64,000 bases of DNA from Candidatus Eiseniibacteriota bacterium (GCA_024276995.1 JAJRWB010000076.1:164-64163), one strand, 5' to 3'; numbered from the stretch's first letter, positions 9,441 through 18,755 are shown. Notes: generated from the letters alone by a model not told the origin. Numbers and translations: made by a program.

Positions 9441-9471
9441 GGGCGCGGCCGGTGGAGTCCCGGCCGCGCCC
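9441..9471. terminator. Bidirectional intrinsic terminator hairpin between the convergent LVIVD gene and the Cyc2-like gene.
   Basis: A perfect 12-bp GC stem GGGCGCGGCCGG / CCGGCCGCGCCC with a 7-nt loop. On the minus strand it is followed by GUUCGCUUUUCC. Confidence 0.6.
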
Positions 9472-9497
9472 GTGTCATTGCAAAGATACGTTCCCGG

Positions 9498-10778
9498 CTA
9501 CTGGAGCCAGATGAAACGGACCTGGAAGTTGTCGTCCTTGACGTCGTCCAAGGAGCCGCCCCGTTTCTGCTGGACGTGCTTGAACTCGGTGATCACCTGG
9601 AAGCCATCGTTGAACGGATGGTTCACGAAGAGCGTGGCGCCCCACTTCTCGTTGTCGTCGACATCGGAAGACGGGTCGTACCAATCGTAGCGGCCGCCCA
9701 CCGTGGTGATCTCGGTCGGATGGAAATCGGCCTCGCCGAAGAATCCCTGGCTGGTGAACGTCTCGGTGTTGGCGTCCGCATCGGTCGGATAGTCGTCCTG
9801 GCCCCAGGCGAATCCGCCCTGCGCCTCGAACTTCGGCGTAAGAGCGTACGAGCCGTAGGCGGCGACCCGCTGGAAGCCGTTCTCGTAGCTCGTCGCGACG
9901 GCGTTCTTCGCGAGAGTATTCGGAAGATCCATCTTCCCGTAGTAGTAGTAGAGGGACAGTCCCGAGCCGGCGTCATCGAGCGCATGGTTGACGAAGAGCT
10001 GGATATCCTTCGAGTCCTGGTTCTCGGAGCCCGCAGGCTTCTGGAGATGACCGCCGGCGGCCGGGAAGGCCTTCCCGTCGGCCTCGTCGTAGTAGATCCC
10101 ATTGAACACGGTGGCGGAGAACGAAGTGTGGTTCTTCACGTACGCCAGTTCGACGCCGGCCTGGTCGAATCCCCACATCTTGAAGTAGGTCGACTCGGTG
10201 CCGTTGTTCGATGTCGAGCCCTGGAAGAAGGGACGGCTGAGCGAAAACGGACGATCGGAAGCACCATACCCTTCGAAGGGATGGAAAATACCGACCCGCC
10301 CGGAAAACCACTCATTCTCGGTCCCGCGGGTGTAGCGAAAATAGGCATTCTCGATTTCGACGAAGTCCTCATTCGCCATCGACATCTCGACGAGAGAACC
10401 GTAGTTCTTTCCGAACGAGCCGGAAAGGGGATAGACGGTCACCTCGTGAAGAGTGAGCTGGTTCGAAGTCGTCGCATCGGTGTCCCCGCCCATGTCCCGG
10501 CGCTTCACGTCGTACCGTGCCTGGACGCGCGCCGAGTAGACGTCGGCGTAGTTGAAGTCGCCGAGTTCCTTACCGATGTCGCTCGGGTCGCGGAACCCGG
10601 CCTTGCGGTAATTGAACCCGTACTCGTTCAGCCGCGGGACGGTCGTGTGGCAAAGGGCGCAGTCGGCCTTCTCCTTGCGCGCAAACGAGGGAATCGACCA
10701 CGCGTTTCGGGGAGTGAATACCCCGAGCGTGAGCAGCACCAGGAACATCGATCCTGCCAGTTTCCACCTGGTTTTCAT
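9498..10778 (-). CDS. Outer-membrane β-barrel protein with an N-terminal monoheme c-type cytochrome motif. It is a candidate Cyc2-like fused cytochrome-porin.
   Basis: The signal peptide is MKTRWKLAGSMFLVLLTLGVFTPRNAWS. It is followed by SFARKEKADCALCHTTVPRLNEYGF, with a single CxxCH. Roughly 380 aa of alternating hydrophobic β-strand pattern follow. A strong GGAGG ribosome-binding site lies 8 nt before the ATG. Confidence 0.6.
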   Translation of the reverse strand: MKTRWKLAGSMFLVLLTLGVFTPRNAWSIPSFARKEKADCALCHTTVPRLNEYGFNYRKAGFRDPSDIGKELGDFNYADVYSARVQARYDVKRRDMGGDTDATTSNQLTLHEVTVYPLSGSFGKNYGSLVEMSMANEDFVEIENAYFRYTRGTENEWFSGRVGIFHPFEGYGASDRPFSLSRPFFQGSTSNNGTESTYFKMWGFDQAGVELAYVKNHTSFSATVFNGIYYDEADGKAFPAAGGHLQKPAGSENQDSKDIQLFVNHALDDAGSGLSLYYYYGKMDLPNTLAKNAVATSYENGFQRVAAYGSYALTPKFEAQGGFAWGQDDYPTDADANTETFTSQGFFGEADFHPTEITTVGGRYDWYDPSSDVDDNEKWGATLFVNHPFNDGFQVITEFKHVQQKRGGSLDDVKDDNFQVRFIWLQ

Positions 10779-11276
10779 CTAAGGTACCTCCTTGCCCGAA
10801 AGAGTGCGGGCCTTTCTGGAAGACAGGGAGACGTCGGCCCGGCCGACCGTGGATTCCGGGAAAACCCGCCAGCACCCCCGATCGTTGGGACCCTGTCGGG
10901 CCGGACGCTCCCACTCCGATGATGGACGGTTCCATCCATCTACTTAACTATCTCGAATCAAGTTAGGATATTGCCGACGTATGTCAAGGTAAAAGCATCG
11001 CTAATCCTGGATACTTTCCTCCCGGAAATAGCTAATATACTGCAATAAGATAATCCCCCCGCGGCGGGCGCCCATTTTTTCCCGCATTGTGTGAAGGCAA
11101 GGCGATGGTGCATAATGCCCGGGCGGGTCGACGCGCCCCTCACGAGGAACGCCGGTGATCGATGCCGGGGGGCGGGATCGGACGTCCGGGCCGATTCGCT
11201 CGGAGGGAGATCACCCCTTACCCGCCGTTCCCCGACCCGGGGGACGGAGCCGAGCCTTTCGCAGACAGGTACACGA

Positions 11277-13712
11277 ATGATTCCTTGCTTCGCCGCGCTT
11301 TTCCTTATCTCCTTCAGCACGCTCCTGGTGGAACTCGCCATGACGAGGGTGCTCGACGTGATTCTCACGTCGAACATGTCGTATCTCATTCTCACGTCGG
11401 CGATCTTCGCCTTCGGACTCGCCGGCATTGTGAATACACTCGGATCGGCGGGGAAGGAGAGGTCGGGCCTTCCCACGGCACGCATCGCCTTGCTCTTCTC
11501 TTTGTCGATCGCGGTGATCCTCCCCGCCTTCAACGTGATCCCCTTCGATTTCGATGATCTCACCGACGATCTCGTGAAGCAGCTGATCTCCTTCGGCCTG
11601 ATGTACGTCGTTCTCTTCCTCCCGTTCTTCCTTTCCGGGCTGATGATCATCCGGATCTTCGCCGCCTTCCCATCCCGGATCCAGGTGCTCTATTTCTTCG
11701 ATCTCGTCGGCGCCGCCGTCGGATGTGTCGCGGTGGTTCCCTTCGTCCCTCTCATCGGACCGGGCGGAATCCTCTTTCTCGCTTCCGCGCTGGCGATGGT
11801 CACCGCCGCCGTGTTCACACGGCGGAAGATTCGTGCCGTCGCGATGGCGGCGGCGGCCGTTCTTCTCGCGATCCTCCCCTTCCAGAAGCGGCCCGCGTAC
11901 TACGACTTCCACGAGCATACCGACAAGAGGGGGGTCCGCTACGCGCGGGAGCATTCGAGAATCGAGCGGACCGTGTGGGATCCGGTTTCGAAAATCGATG
12001 TTCTCGAATACGACGAAACGAGGAAGCATATCGCCTACGACGGGGGAACCCAGAGCAGTACGATCACCCGGTTCGACGGCAACCTCGAGAAGCTGCGCTC
12101 GCGGATCGATCGCTATATCGACGCCGATACGAAAGATTCCTCCTCGGGCGACAATATCATCCGAAGGCATTTCTGGTTCGCCGGCGTGCTGGCGGCCCAC
12201 TACCTGAAACGGGACAGCGGCCAGGAAGTGCTGATCATCGGGAGCGCGGGGGGACAGGAGACGAAGGCCGCCCTCGTCTACGGCGCGAAGAGCGTCGACG
12301 CGGTGGAGATGGTCGGCGCGGTGATGGACCTCGGCCGGCGACGGTACGCCGACTACAACGGGAATATCTTCAACAATCCCCGCGTACATCCCCGGGTCGA
12401 CGAGGGGCGGAGCTTCCTGCGCTCGTCGGGGAAGAAGTACGACATCATCCAGATCTTCAGCAACCACACGTCGTCGAGCATCGCCTCGGGCACCGGTGCG
12501 GTGGCCACGACGTACCTGCAGACTTCGGACGCGTACAGGGAATACTTCAGCCACCTGAAGGAGGACGGCATCCTGCAGGTGAATCACCACATCTTCCCCA
12601 AGATGATCACCACCGCCGCGCTCGGTTGGAAATCGATGGGGCGAACGGGTTTCAGGGACCACGTGGTGGTGTACGTGAGGAAGGACAGGAATGACACGCT
12701 CCCCACGTTCCTGGTGAAGATGACACCGTGGACCGCTTCGGAGATGTCGGATTTGGCGAGGCTGTTCGAGGGGGACCGCCCGGCGGATTCCGACCGGTTC
12801 GAGTTGGTTGAGAACCCTCTCGATCAGGACGGAAGCTATCTCTCCGATGAGTTCTACAGCGGCGACTTCCCGAGGGAATTGGCGGCGACGATTCCGTACC
12901 GCGTGTCGCCGTCCACCGATGACAGGCCGTATTTCAACACTCTTCGCAAGAGGTTCGGCGTCATGAGCGAGGACGGAAGGAACTTCGTAGACCACTCGAC
13001 GGCGATGATCCTCAACTCGCAGCTGAGAAAGGGGATTCCCATGGACGTGGCCCACCTCTTTCTCCTCGGCGCGGTCTCCGTCGTTGCGGCGTTCGCATTC
13101 ATCTTCGTCCCCTTGTTCGGTTCGAAGGCGGGGAGGACCGGGTGGGAGAGGAAGAACAGCTCGCTCGCCTATTTCTCGTGTCTCGGGGCGGGGTTCATCA
13201 TCTTGGAGGTCGTCTATATCCAGTTGTTCATGCGGTTCATCGGTCCCCCGTTGCACACCTTCTCGACGGTCGTGTTCTCCCTCCTTTTCGCGGCGGGAAC
13301 GGGGAGCTATTTTTCGAAGGGACTCCGCGTCGATTCGCCCGGCCGGTGGCCCTGGCCGTTCCTGGCGATCATCGGGTACGGTCTTCTCCTCCTTCTCCTC
13401 GGTCCGGGCCTGTTCGACCTTTTCCTCGGCGCGGACCGGGGGGTGCGCATAGGGATATCGTTCCTTCTCCTATTCCCGATCGGCTTCTTCCTCGGGATGC
13501 CTTTTCCCATGGGGATCCTCTTTCTCGAGAAGAAACCGGCCGGGGCGATCGCCTGGGCGTGGGGGATGAACGGACTGTTCACCGTGGTCGGCGGGCTGGC
13601 GTGCATGGGTGTTTCCATCTTCTACGGATTCCGGGCCACCCTCCTCATGGCGCTGGCGATCTACGCCCTCGCCCTCGTCCTGTACTCCCGGCTGAGAGGC
13701 TCAGGCGCCTGA
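11277..13712 (+). CDS. Fused spermidine-synthase-like (polyamine aminopropyltransferase family) membrane protein.
   Basis: The N-terminal polytopic module has LVELAMTRVL...SY. The central region VLIIGSAGGQE...VDAVEMVGAVMDLGRRRY...DEGRSF...KYDIIQIF is a spermidine-synthase/methyltransferase fold. A second membrane module sits at the C-terminus. The start was chosen at the Met of MIPCFAALFL; the ORF-track N-extension was not used. Confidence 0.72.
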   Translation: MIPCFAALFLISFSTLLVELAMTRVLDVILTSNMSYLILTSAIFAFGLAGIVNTLGSAGKERSGLPTARIALLFSLSIAVILPAFNVIPFDFDDLTDDLVKQLISFGLMYVVLFLPFFLSGLMIIRIFAAFPSRIQVLYFFDLVGAAVGCVAVVPFVPLIGPGGILFLASALAMVTAAVFTRRKIRAVAMAAAAVLLAILPFQKRPAYYDFHEHTDKRGVRYAREHSRIERTVWDPVSKIDVLEYDETRKHIAYDGGTQSSTITRFDGNLEKLRSRIDRYIDADTKDSSSGDNIIRRHFWFAGVLAAHYLKRDSGQEVLIIGSAGGQETKAALVYGAKSVDAVEMVGAVMDLGRRRYADYNGNIFNNPRVHPRVDEGRSFLRSSGKKYDIIQIFSNHTSSSIASGTGAVATTYLQTSDAYREYFSHLKEDGILQVNHHIFPKMITTAALGWKSMGRTGFRDHVVVYVRKDRNDTLPTFLVKMTPWTASEMSDLARLFEGDRPADSDRFELVENPLDQDGSYLSDEFYSGDFPRELAATIPYRVSPSTDDRPYFNTLRKRFGVMSEDGRNFVDHSTAMILNSQLRKGIPMDVAHLFLLGAVSVVAAFAFIFVPLFGSKAGRTGWERKNSSLAYFSCLGAGFIILEVVYIQLFMRFIGPPLHTFSTVVFSLLFAAGTGSYFSKGLRVDSPGRWPWPFLAIIGYGLLLLLLGPGLFDLFLGADRGVRIGISFLLLFPIGFFLGMPFPMGILFLEKKPAGAIAWAWGMNGLFTVVGGLACMGVSIFYGFRATLLMALAIYALALVLYSRLRGSGA

Positions 13713-13748
13713 GGGGGTGGGGCGGGTCGCGCGGGCCGGCCAAATCGT

Positions 13749-13776
13749 TTGCACATGTCGCCGATGCTGCTACAAT
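13749..13776 (+). promoter_or_regulatory. σ70-like promoter upstream of recD2.
   Basis: TTGCAC at 13749-13754, a 16-nt spacer, then TACAAT at 13771-13776. It lies about 60 nt upstream of the recD2 ATG. Confidence 0.45.
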
Positions 13777-13834
13777 GCCGGGGCGGCCTGCCGCGCAACC
13801 GTCTTTGCAGATCCCCAAGAAGACCAGGCAATCA

Positions 13835-16003
13835 ATGGAATCACTGGAAGGCACATTCGAACGGATCGTTTTCCGGAACCGGGAGAACGCATGGACCGTG
13901 GGGCGTCTCCGCGAAGAGGGAACCGAGAGGCTTCTCACCGTGACGGGACGGCTCCCGGGTGTCGCGGTGGGCGCTTTCCTCCGCGTCCACGGGAAGTGGG
14001 TGGACAACCCGAAGTTCGGAAGGCAGTTCGACGTCGCCTCCTTCGAAGAGCGCGCGCCCGTCACCGAGAGCGGCATCGAGAAATATCTCGCGTCCGGCCT
14101 GGTGAAGGGGATCGGGCCGGAGCTGGCGAAGAGGGTGGTCGGTCGCTTCGGCGAGAAGACGCTCGACATGATCGATTCCCATCCGGAAAAACTGCTCGCC
14201 GTCGACGGGATCGGGAAGAAGAGGCTCGCGCTGATCCGGGAAGGGTGGAGCGAGCAACGGAATGTCCGCGAGATCATGGTCTTCTTGAGCGATCTCCCCA
14301 TCGGCGGCGCCATGGCGGGACGGATCTACGAGAAGTACGGAGAGTCGACCGTGGAGGTGATCCGCACCGATCCGTACCTCCTCGCCGAGGAGGTGTTCCT
14401 CCTCGGTTTTCAGACCGCCGACCGGATCGCCCGGGCCGTCGGGATCGATATCGATTCACCCCGCCGGGCGGAAGCGGGGCTGCTCCATCTTCTCGCGAGG
14501 CTCGGCCAGTCGGGCCACGTCTGCTATCCGAAGGAGGAGCTGGTCCGCCGGGCGGCGGCGTTCCTCGAGATCGACGAGCTGCCGGCGCAGGAGGCGGTCG
14601 ACCGGCTCCGGGAGAAAGGGGCGGTCGTCGTGGACGACGTGGACGGCGACGAAGAGGCGGTCTACCGCGTCGAGATGGCGGAAGCGGAGGAGACGGTGGC
14701 GCGCCGCCTCGCCCGCCTCCTCCGTGCCGGGAAAGGGGATCGCCCGATCGATTCGTTCGAGGCGATCCGCTGGGCGGGCGAGGCGCTCGGCCTCGATCTC
14801 GGGGATGAGCAGAAAGAGGCGGTCGAAGCGGCGATCGAGGGTCGCGTCACGGTGGTCACCGGCGGCCCCGGCACGGGGAAGACGACGCTCGTTCGGTCGC
14901 TCGTGGCGATCCTGAGACGGAGCGGCGACGAAGTGCTCCTGTGCGCCCCCACCGGTCGGGCGGCGAAGAAGATGGAGGAGGCGACCGGTTCCCCCGCGAG
15001 CACGATCCATCGCCTCCTCGAATTCGATCCGAGGAGCGGCGAGTTCCAGAGGAACGAGAAGAGTCCTCTCACCGCGGGAACCCTCATTGTGGATGAAGTG
15101 TCGATGGTCGATCTGTTGCTGATGCACAGCCTACTCGCCGCGCTTCCCGGGGAGTGCCGTCTCGTCCTCGTGGGCGACGTCGACCAACTCCCGTCGGTGG
15201 GACCGGGGAACGTTCTCCGCGACCTGATCCGTTCGAAGCGACTGAAGACGGTTCGCCTGACGCGGATCTACCGGCAGGCGCGGGAGAGCGCCATCGTGGT
15301 GAACGCCCACCTGGTGAACGCCGGCGAGATGCCCCGCCTCTCCGAGAGCGGGGGGGACTTCCACTTCATCGAGGTGGCCGACGCGGATGAGGCGCTCGAG
15401 AGGATCAAGCGCCTTCTTTCGCGGGAGATCTACGAGCGATGGGGATTCGACGTGATCCGCGACGTCCAGGTGCTCACCCCGATGAATAAGGGGAAGGCGG
15501 GGGTGCACAACCTGAACCGTGAACTGCAGGCGCTCCTCAACCCGCGCGGACCGGAGGTGCGCCGCGACGAGAAGATCCTTCGGCTCGGCGACAAGGTGAT
15601 GCAGATTCGGAACAACTACGAGAAGGAGGTCTTCAACGGAGACGTCGGCCGAATCATGGAGATCGACCCGGGGAAAAGCGAAATGGCGATCCGTTTCGGC
15701 CGCCGCCGCGTCGATTATCCCTTCGGCCATCTCGACGAGCTGACCCTCGCCTACGCCGCGTCGGTGCACAAGTCGCAGGGGAGCGAATACCGGGGGGTGG
15801 TGATTCCTCTCCTGGGGGAGCATTTCCCCTTGCTCCAGAGGAATCTCCTCTACACCGCACTCACCCGGGGGAGGGAGATGGTGATCCTTCTCGGCACGAA
15901 AAGGACGGTGGCGATGGCGGTGCGAAACAACCAGATCCACAGGCGGTACTCCTTCCTCCGCGAGAGGATCCGTCGGGCGGTGGATGCCGGGGCGCCGTGC
16001 TGA
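13835..16003 (+). CDS. recD2: ATP-dependent RecD-like DNA helicase (RecD2, SF1B).
   Basis: The N-terminal OB/HhH region, Walker A VVTGGPGTGKTT, and the IHRLLE, LVLVGDVDQLPSVGPG and SVHKSQGSEY motifs are present. The start was chosen at MESLEGTFERIVF. The ORF-track N-extension overlaps the previous gene. Confidence 0.9.
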   Translation: MESLEGTFERIVFRNRENAWTVGRLREEGTERLLTVTGRLPGVAVGAFLRVHGKWVDNPKFGRQFDVASFEERAPVTESGIEKYLASGLVKGIGPELAKRVVGRFGEKTLDMIDSHPEKLLAVDGIGKKRLALIREGWSEQRNVREIMVFLSDLPIGGAMAGRIYEKYGESTVEVIRTDPYLLAEEVFLLGFQTADRIARAVGIDIDSPRRAEAGLLHLLARLGQSGHVCYPKEELVRRAAAFLEIDELPAQEAVDRLREKGAVVVDDVDGDEEAVYRVEMAEAEETVARRLARLLRAGKGDRPIDSFEAIRWAGEALGLDLGDEQKEAVEAAIEGRVTVVTGGPGTGKTTLVRSLVAILRRSGDEVLLCAPTGRAAKKMEEATGSPASTIHRLLEFDPRSGEFQRNEKSPLTAGTLIVDEVSMVDLLLMHSLLAALPGECRLVLVGDVDQLPSVGPGNVLRDLIRSKRLKTVRLTRIYRQARESAIVVNAHLVNAGEMPRLSESGGDFHFIEVADADEALERIKRLLSREIYERWGFDVIRDVQVLTPMNKGKAGVHNLNRELQALLNPRGPEVRRDEKILRLGDKVMQIRNNYEKEVFNGDVGRIMEIDPGKSEMAIRFGRRRVDYPFGHLDELTLAYAASVHKSQGSEYRGVVIPLLGEHFPLLQRNLLYTALTRGREMVILLGTKRTVAMAVRNNQIHRRYSFLRERIRRAVDAGAPC

Positions 16004-16019
16004 GCGGGGGCGCCGTGCG

Positions 16020-17618
16020 ATGAGCCGCCGCAGCGCCGCCGTGCTCCTCGCGGTGATCGTCCTTCTCCGGTTCGTCTCGATGGGAGCGCCTCCTCTCTTC
16101 GACAAGACCGAGGGACGCTACGGCGAGATCGGCAGGGAGATGGCCGTCTCAGGCGACTGGATCACCCCGACGCTTCACGGGGGGGAGCCTTTCTGGGGGA
16201 AGCCTCCCCTTCATTTCTGGGCGACCGCCCTGTCGTTTCGTCTCTTCGGCGTGAACGAAACAGCGGCGCGCCTCCCCGGTTTTCTTGCCGGAATCGGAAT
16301 ATTGATCATAACTTACCGGCTCGCCCTCATGTTGTTTCGAGATCCTCCCGCCGCCCGGACCGCCGTCGTTCTCCTCGCCTCCTCGATGCTCCACTTCCTT
16401 CTCGGCGGCCAGGTTCTCCTCGACGGTACGTTCACCCTCACCCTCACCGGCGCCCTGGCGTCCTTCGGGAGGATCGTCGCGGGTGACCGCCGCAGGAGCG
16501 TCGGTCTCCTCTTTTTCGCGTTTCTCGGACTCGCCCTTCTCGCCAAGGGACCGATCGGCCCGGTGCTCGTGTTCCTCGCCGTGGCGATCCACGCCGCCTG
16601 GTCGAGGAGCACCGCCGCTTTTCGCGGGCTCCCTCTCCTGGCCGGTCCGATCGTCACCCTCCTCATCGCCGCCCCCTGGTACGTGCTCGCCGAACGGCGC
16701 ACCCCCGGCTTCCTTCGCTATTTCTTCGTGAATGAACACCTGCTCCGCTACACGAAGAGCGATTACGGCGACCTGTACGGCCACGGCCACGTGGCGCCCT
16801 ACGGCATGATCTGGCTTCTCGCCGCCGCCGCGTTCCTCCCGTGGACACCGCTTCTTGCCGTGCGCGCGTGGGGCGCGCTTCGCACCCCCCGGCGCGCGAC
16901 GGACAGGACGATCGACGACACCGAGTGCTTCTTATGGGCATGGGCGCTTGCCCCGCTCCTTTTCTTCACCCTCTCCCGTTCCCTCTCCTTCCCGTACATC
17001 TTCCCCGCCCTCCCCCCGTTCGCCCTCCTCGTGGTGCGCCGCTTCCGCGCGCCGTCGCGCGCCGTCACGCTCGGCGCCGGTATCACCGTCGCCCTTCTCC
17101 TCGCCGGTGCAGTGTACGGCGCCATCGATTTCGCGCCGCCGGCGCACGACACGGTACTCCTCGTCGCGCCGCTCCTGCTCATCGCTCTCGCCTTGGTCGT
17201 CGCCGGCCGTTTGCGCAACCGGTCGACGGCGCTGATCACCGCCGCCATGGTGATCCCGGCGGCGGTCACGCAACTCAGCCTCTTCTGGAGCGACGAGATC
17301 GGTGCGCAAAAGTCGACGCGTATCCTTGCCGACACGGTCGCACGGGACTGGGAGGAAGGCGATGTACTCTTCTTCGACGGTCTCCCCCTTTCGGCGGAGT
17401 TCTATTTCCGCGGCGCGGCGCGCGATCTTCATGGCGACGCCGCCGCCTTGGAAGAGGAAGCCGCCGCCGGGTGGGAGGAGAAGATTCTCTTTGTGCGAAA
17501 AGGCCGCGTGGAGTATCTTTCCTCGGCCGGATCATCCTTTCTCGAAAGGGAAGGAGAGGTCGGCCGGTACGTCCGGTACCGGTTCCGCGCGCCTGTGGGC
17601 GGTGCCCAAGAGGAGTGA
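16020..17618 (+). CDS. GT39/GT83 family (ArnT/PMT-like) membrane glycosyltransferase.
   Basis: TM1 is followed by the loop FDKTEGRYGEIGREMAVSGDW...FWGKPPLHFW, characteristic of ArnT-like undecaprenyl-phosphate sugar transferases, and multiple further TM helices. Confidence 0.8.
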   Translation: MSRRSAAVLLAVIVLLRFVSMGAPPLFDKTEGRYGEIGREMAVSGDWITPTLHGGEPFWGKPPLHFWATALSFRLFGVNETAARLPGFLAGIGILIITYRLALMLFRDPPAARTAVVLLASSMLHFLLGGQVLLDGTFTLTLTGALASFGRIVAGDRRRSVGLLFFAFLGLALLAKGPIGPVLVFLAVAIHAAWSRSTAAFRGLPLLAGPIVTLLIAAPWYVLAERRTPGFLRYFFVNEHLLRYTKSDYGDLYGHGHVAPYGMIWLLAAAAFLPWTPLLAVRAWGALRTPRRATDRTIDDTECFLWAWALAPLLFFTLSRSLSFPYIFPALPPFALLVVRRFRAPSRAVTLGAGITVALLLAGAVYGAIDFAPPAHDTVLLVAPLLLIALALVVAGRLRNRSTALITAAMVIPAAVTQLSLFWSDEIGAQKSTRILADTVARDWEEGDVLFFDGLPLSAEFYFRGAARDLHGDAAALEEEAAAGWEEKILFVRKGRVEYLSSAGSSFLEREGEVGRYVRYRFRAPVGGAQEE

Positions 17619-17629
17619 TCATTCGGTAT

Positions 17630-18676
17630 ATGACGGGAATCGAATCAGCGGAAAAGGAATTCCCCCGCCCCCGCTGGAGAGCGATCGGCCGGGTGCTCGG
17701 CGTCGTGCGCCGTCTCCGGGCGGAGGAGTTCCTCTTCACCCTCCTTTTTCTTCCCTCCACGGTGATCACGCTGAAGGCGAATTTCGACCTCCACCAGACG
17801 GGTATTCATTCTCGGAAGATCGAAGGGGGCCTTCTCCGGCTCGCCGTCGTCGTTTTCGTGGCGCTTCTCGTTCCGTTTCTCCACCGAGTGAAAGGGAGGA
17901 TGAAGAGGGGCGCGGCCAGGGAGATCGTCCTCTTCTTCCGGACGTTCCTCCCTTTCGTCCTTTGCTCCGCCATCTACACGAACCTTCACGACACGATTCG
18001 CTACGTCAATCCCCACGACATCCATGACAAGCTCGTCGCCATCGAGGGATGGCTCTTCGGCGGCCAGCCGGTGGTGTGGGCGGAGCGGTTCATCACGCCG
18101 GCGCGAACCGATTTCTTCAGTTTCTTCTACACCAATTTCTTCCTCCTCACGATCATCGTACCGGTGGTGCTCTGGTTCACCGGCCGCCGCCGCGAAGCGC
18201 GGCAGGCGCAGCTCGGGATCATCATCTGTTTCTACACGGGGTATATCTTCTATATCCTCTTTCCCGCGGCGCCGCCGAGGCTCTATCTCGAGTCGCTCGG
18301 TGCGTTCTCCGTCGACCTGAAAGGAGGGGCGCTCACCACGTTTCAGCACGCCCTCGTGGAGATGATGCCGAACCATGCCTCGCGGGCGGCCTTTCCGAGC
18401 CTCCACACCGCCGTGAGCCTCGTGGTGCTCACGTACGCGTGGAAATACACAAGGAAGCTCTTCCTCCCGCTCCTCCTCTTCGTGATCGGCCTGCTCGCAT
18501 CGACGATCTACCTGAGACATCATTACGTGGTCGACTTGATCGCGGGGGCCGCCCTCGTGCCGTGGGCCTTTTGGATCACCCCCCACTTCGACCGGTGGTG
18601 GCGGGGCGGCCGACCGCCGTACGATCTCGGCGACGAGGAGGGCGGCGGCGTTGACATCGGCGTCACGCCTTCCTAA
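17630..18676 (+). CDS. PAP2-superfamily membrane phosphatase.
   Basis: PAP2 motifs are present: SRAAFPSLHTAVSL and YLRHHYVVDLIAGA. It is a polytopic protein that starts 12 nt after the GT39 gene. Confidence 0.8.
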   Translation: MTGIESAEKEFPRPRWRAIGRVLGVVRRLRAEEFLFTLLFLPSTVITLKANFDLHQTGIHSRKIEGGLLRLAVVVFVALLVPFLHRVKGRMKRGAAREIVLFFRTFLPFVLCSAIYTNLHDTIRYVNPHDIHDKLVAIEGWLFGGQPVVWAERFITPARTDFFSFFYTNFFLLTIIVPVVLWFTGRRREARQAQLGIIICFYTGYIFYILFPAAPPRLYLESLGAFSVDLKGGALTTFQHALVEMMPNHASRAAFPSLHTAVSLVVLTYAWKYTRKLFLPLLLFVIGLLASTIYLRHHYVVDLIAGAALVPWAFWITPHFDRWWRGGRPPYDLGDEEGGGVDIGVTPS

Positions 18677-18755
18677 ACTCTCTGTGGATCGTTTGACGGG
18701 ACGATCCCCGTTACCGGCGCGCGCCGGAGTCCGCGGCTAACGAAAGGAGACTTCT

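Noticed and set aside
9387-10922. A 511-aa plus-strand ORF spanning the whole Cyc2-like locus.
   Set aside because: It is antisense to a gene with a signal peptide, heme motif, ribosome-binding site and terminator. It has no ribosome-binding site. Its composition is typical of a high-GC shadow ORF.
10958-11650. A 230-aa minus-strand ORF overlapping the start of the spermidine-synthase-like gene.
   Set aside because: It is antisense to a clearly membrane-protein-coding frame and has no recognisable domain.
13142-13834. A 230-aa N-terminal extension of the recD2 ORF. Similar extensions occur for 11091..11276, 3700..3828, 16841..17629, 19217..19747, 26750..26941 and 29854..29922.
   Set aside because: These extensions overlap the upstream gene in another frame. 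Homology-guided starts, ribosome-binding sites and promoters place the true starts downstream.
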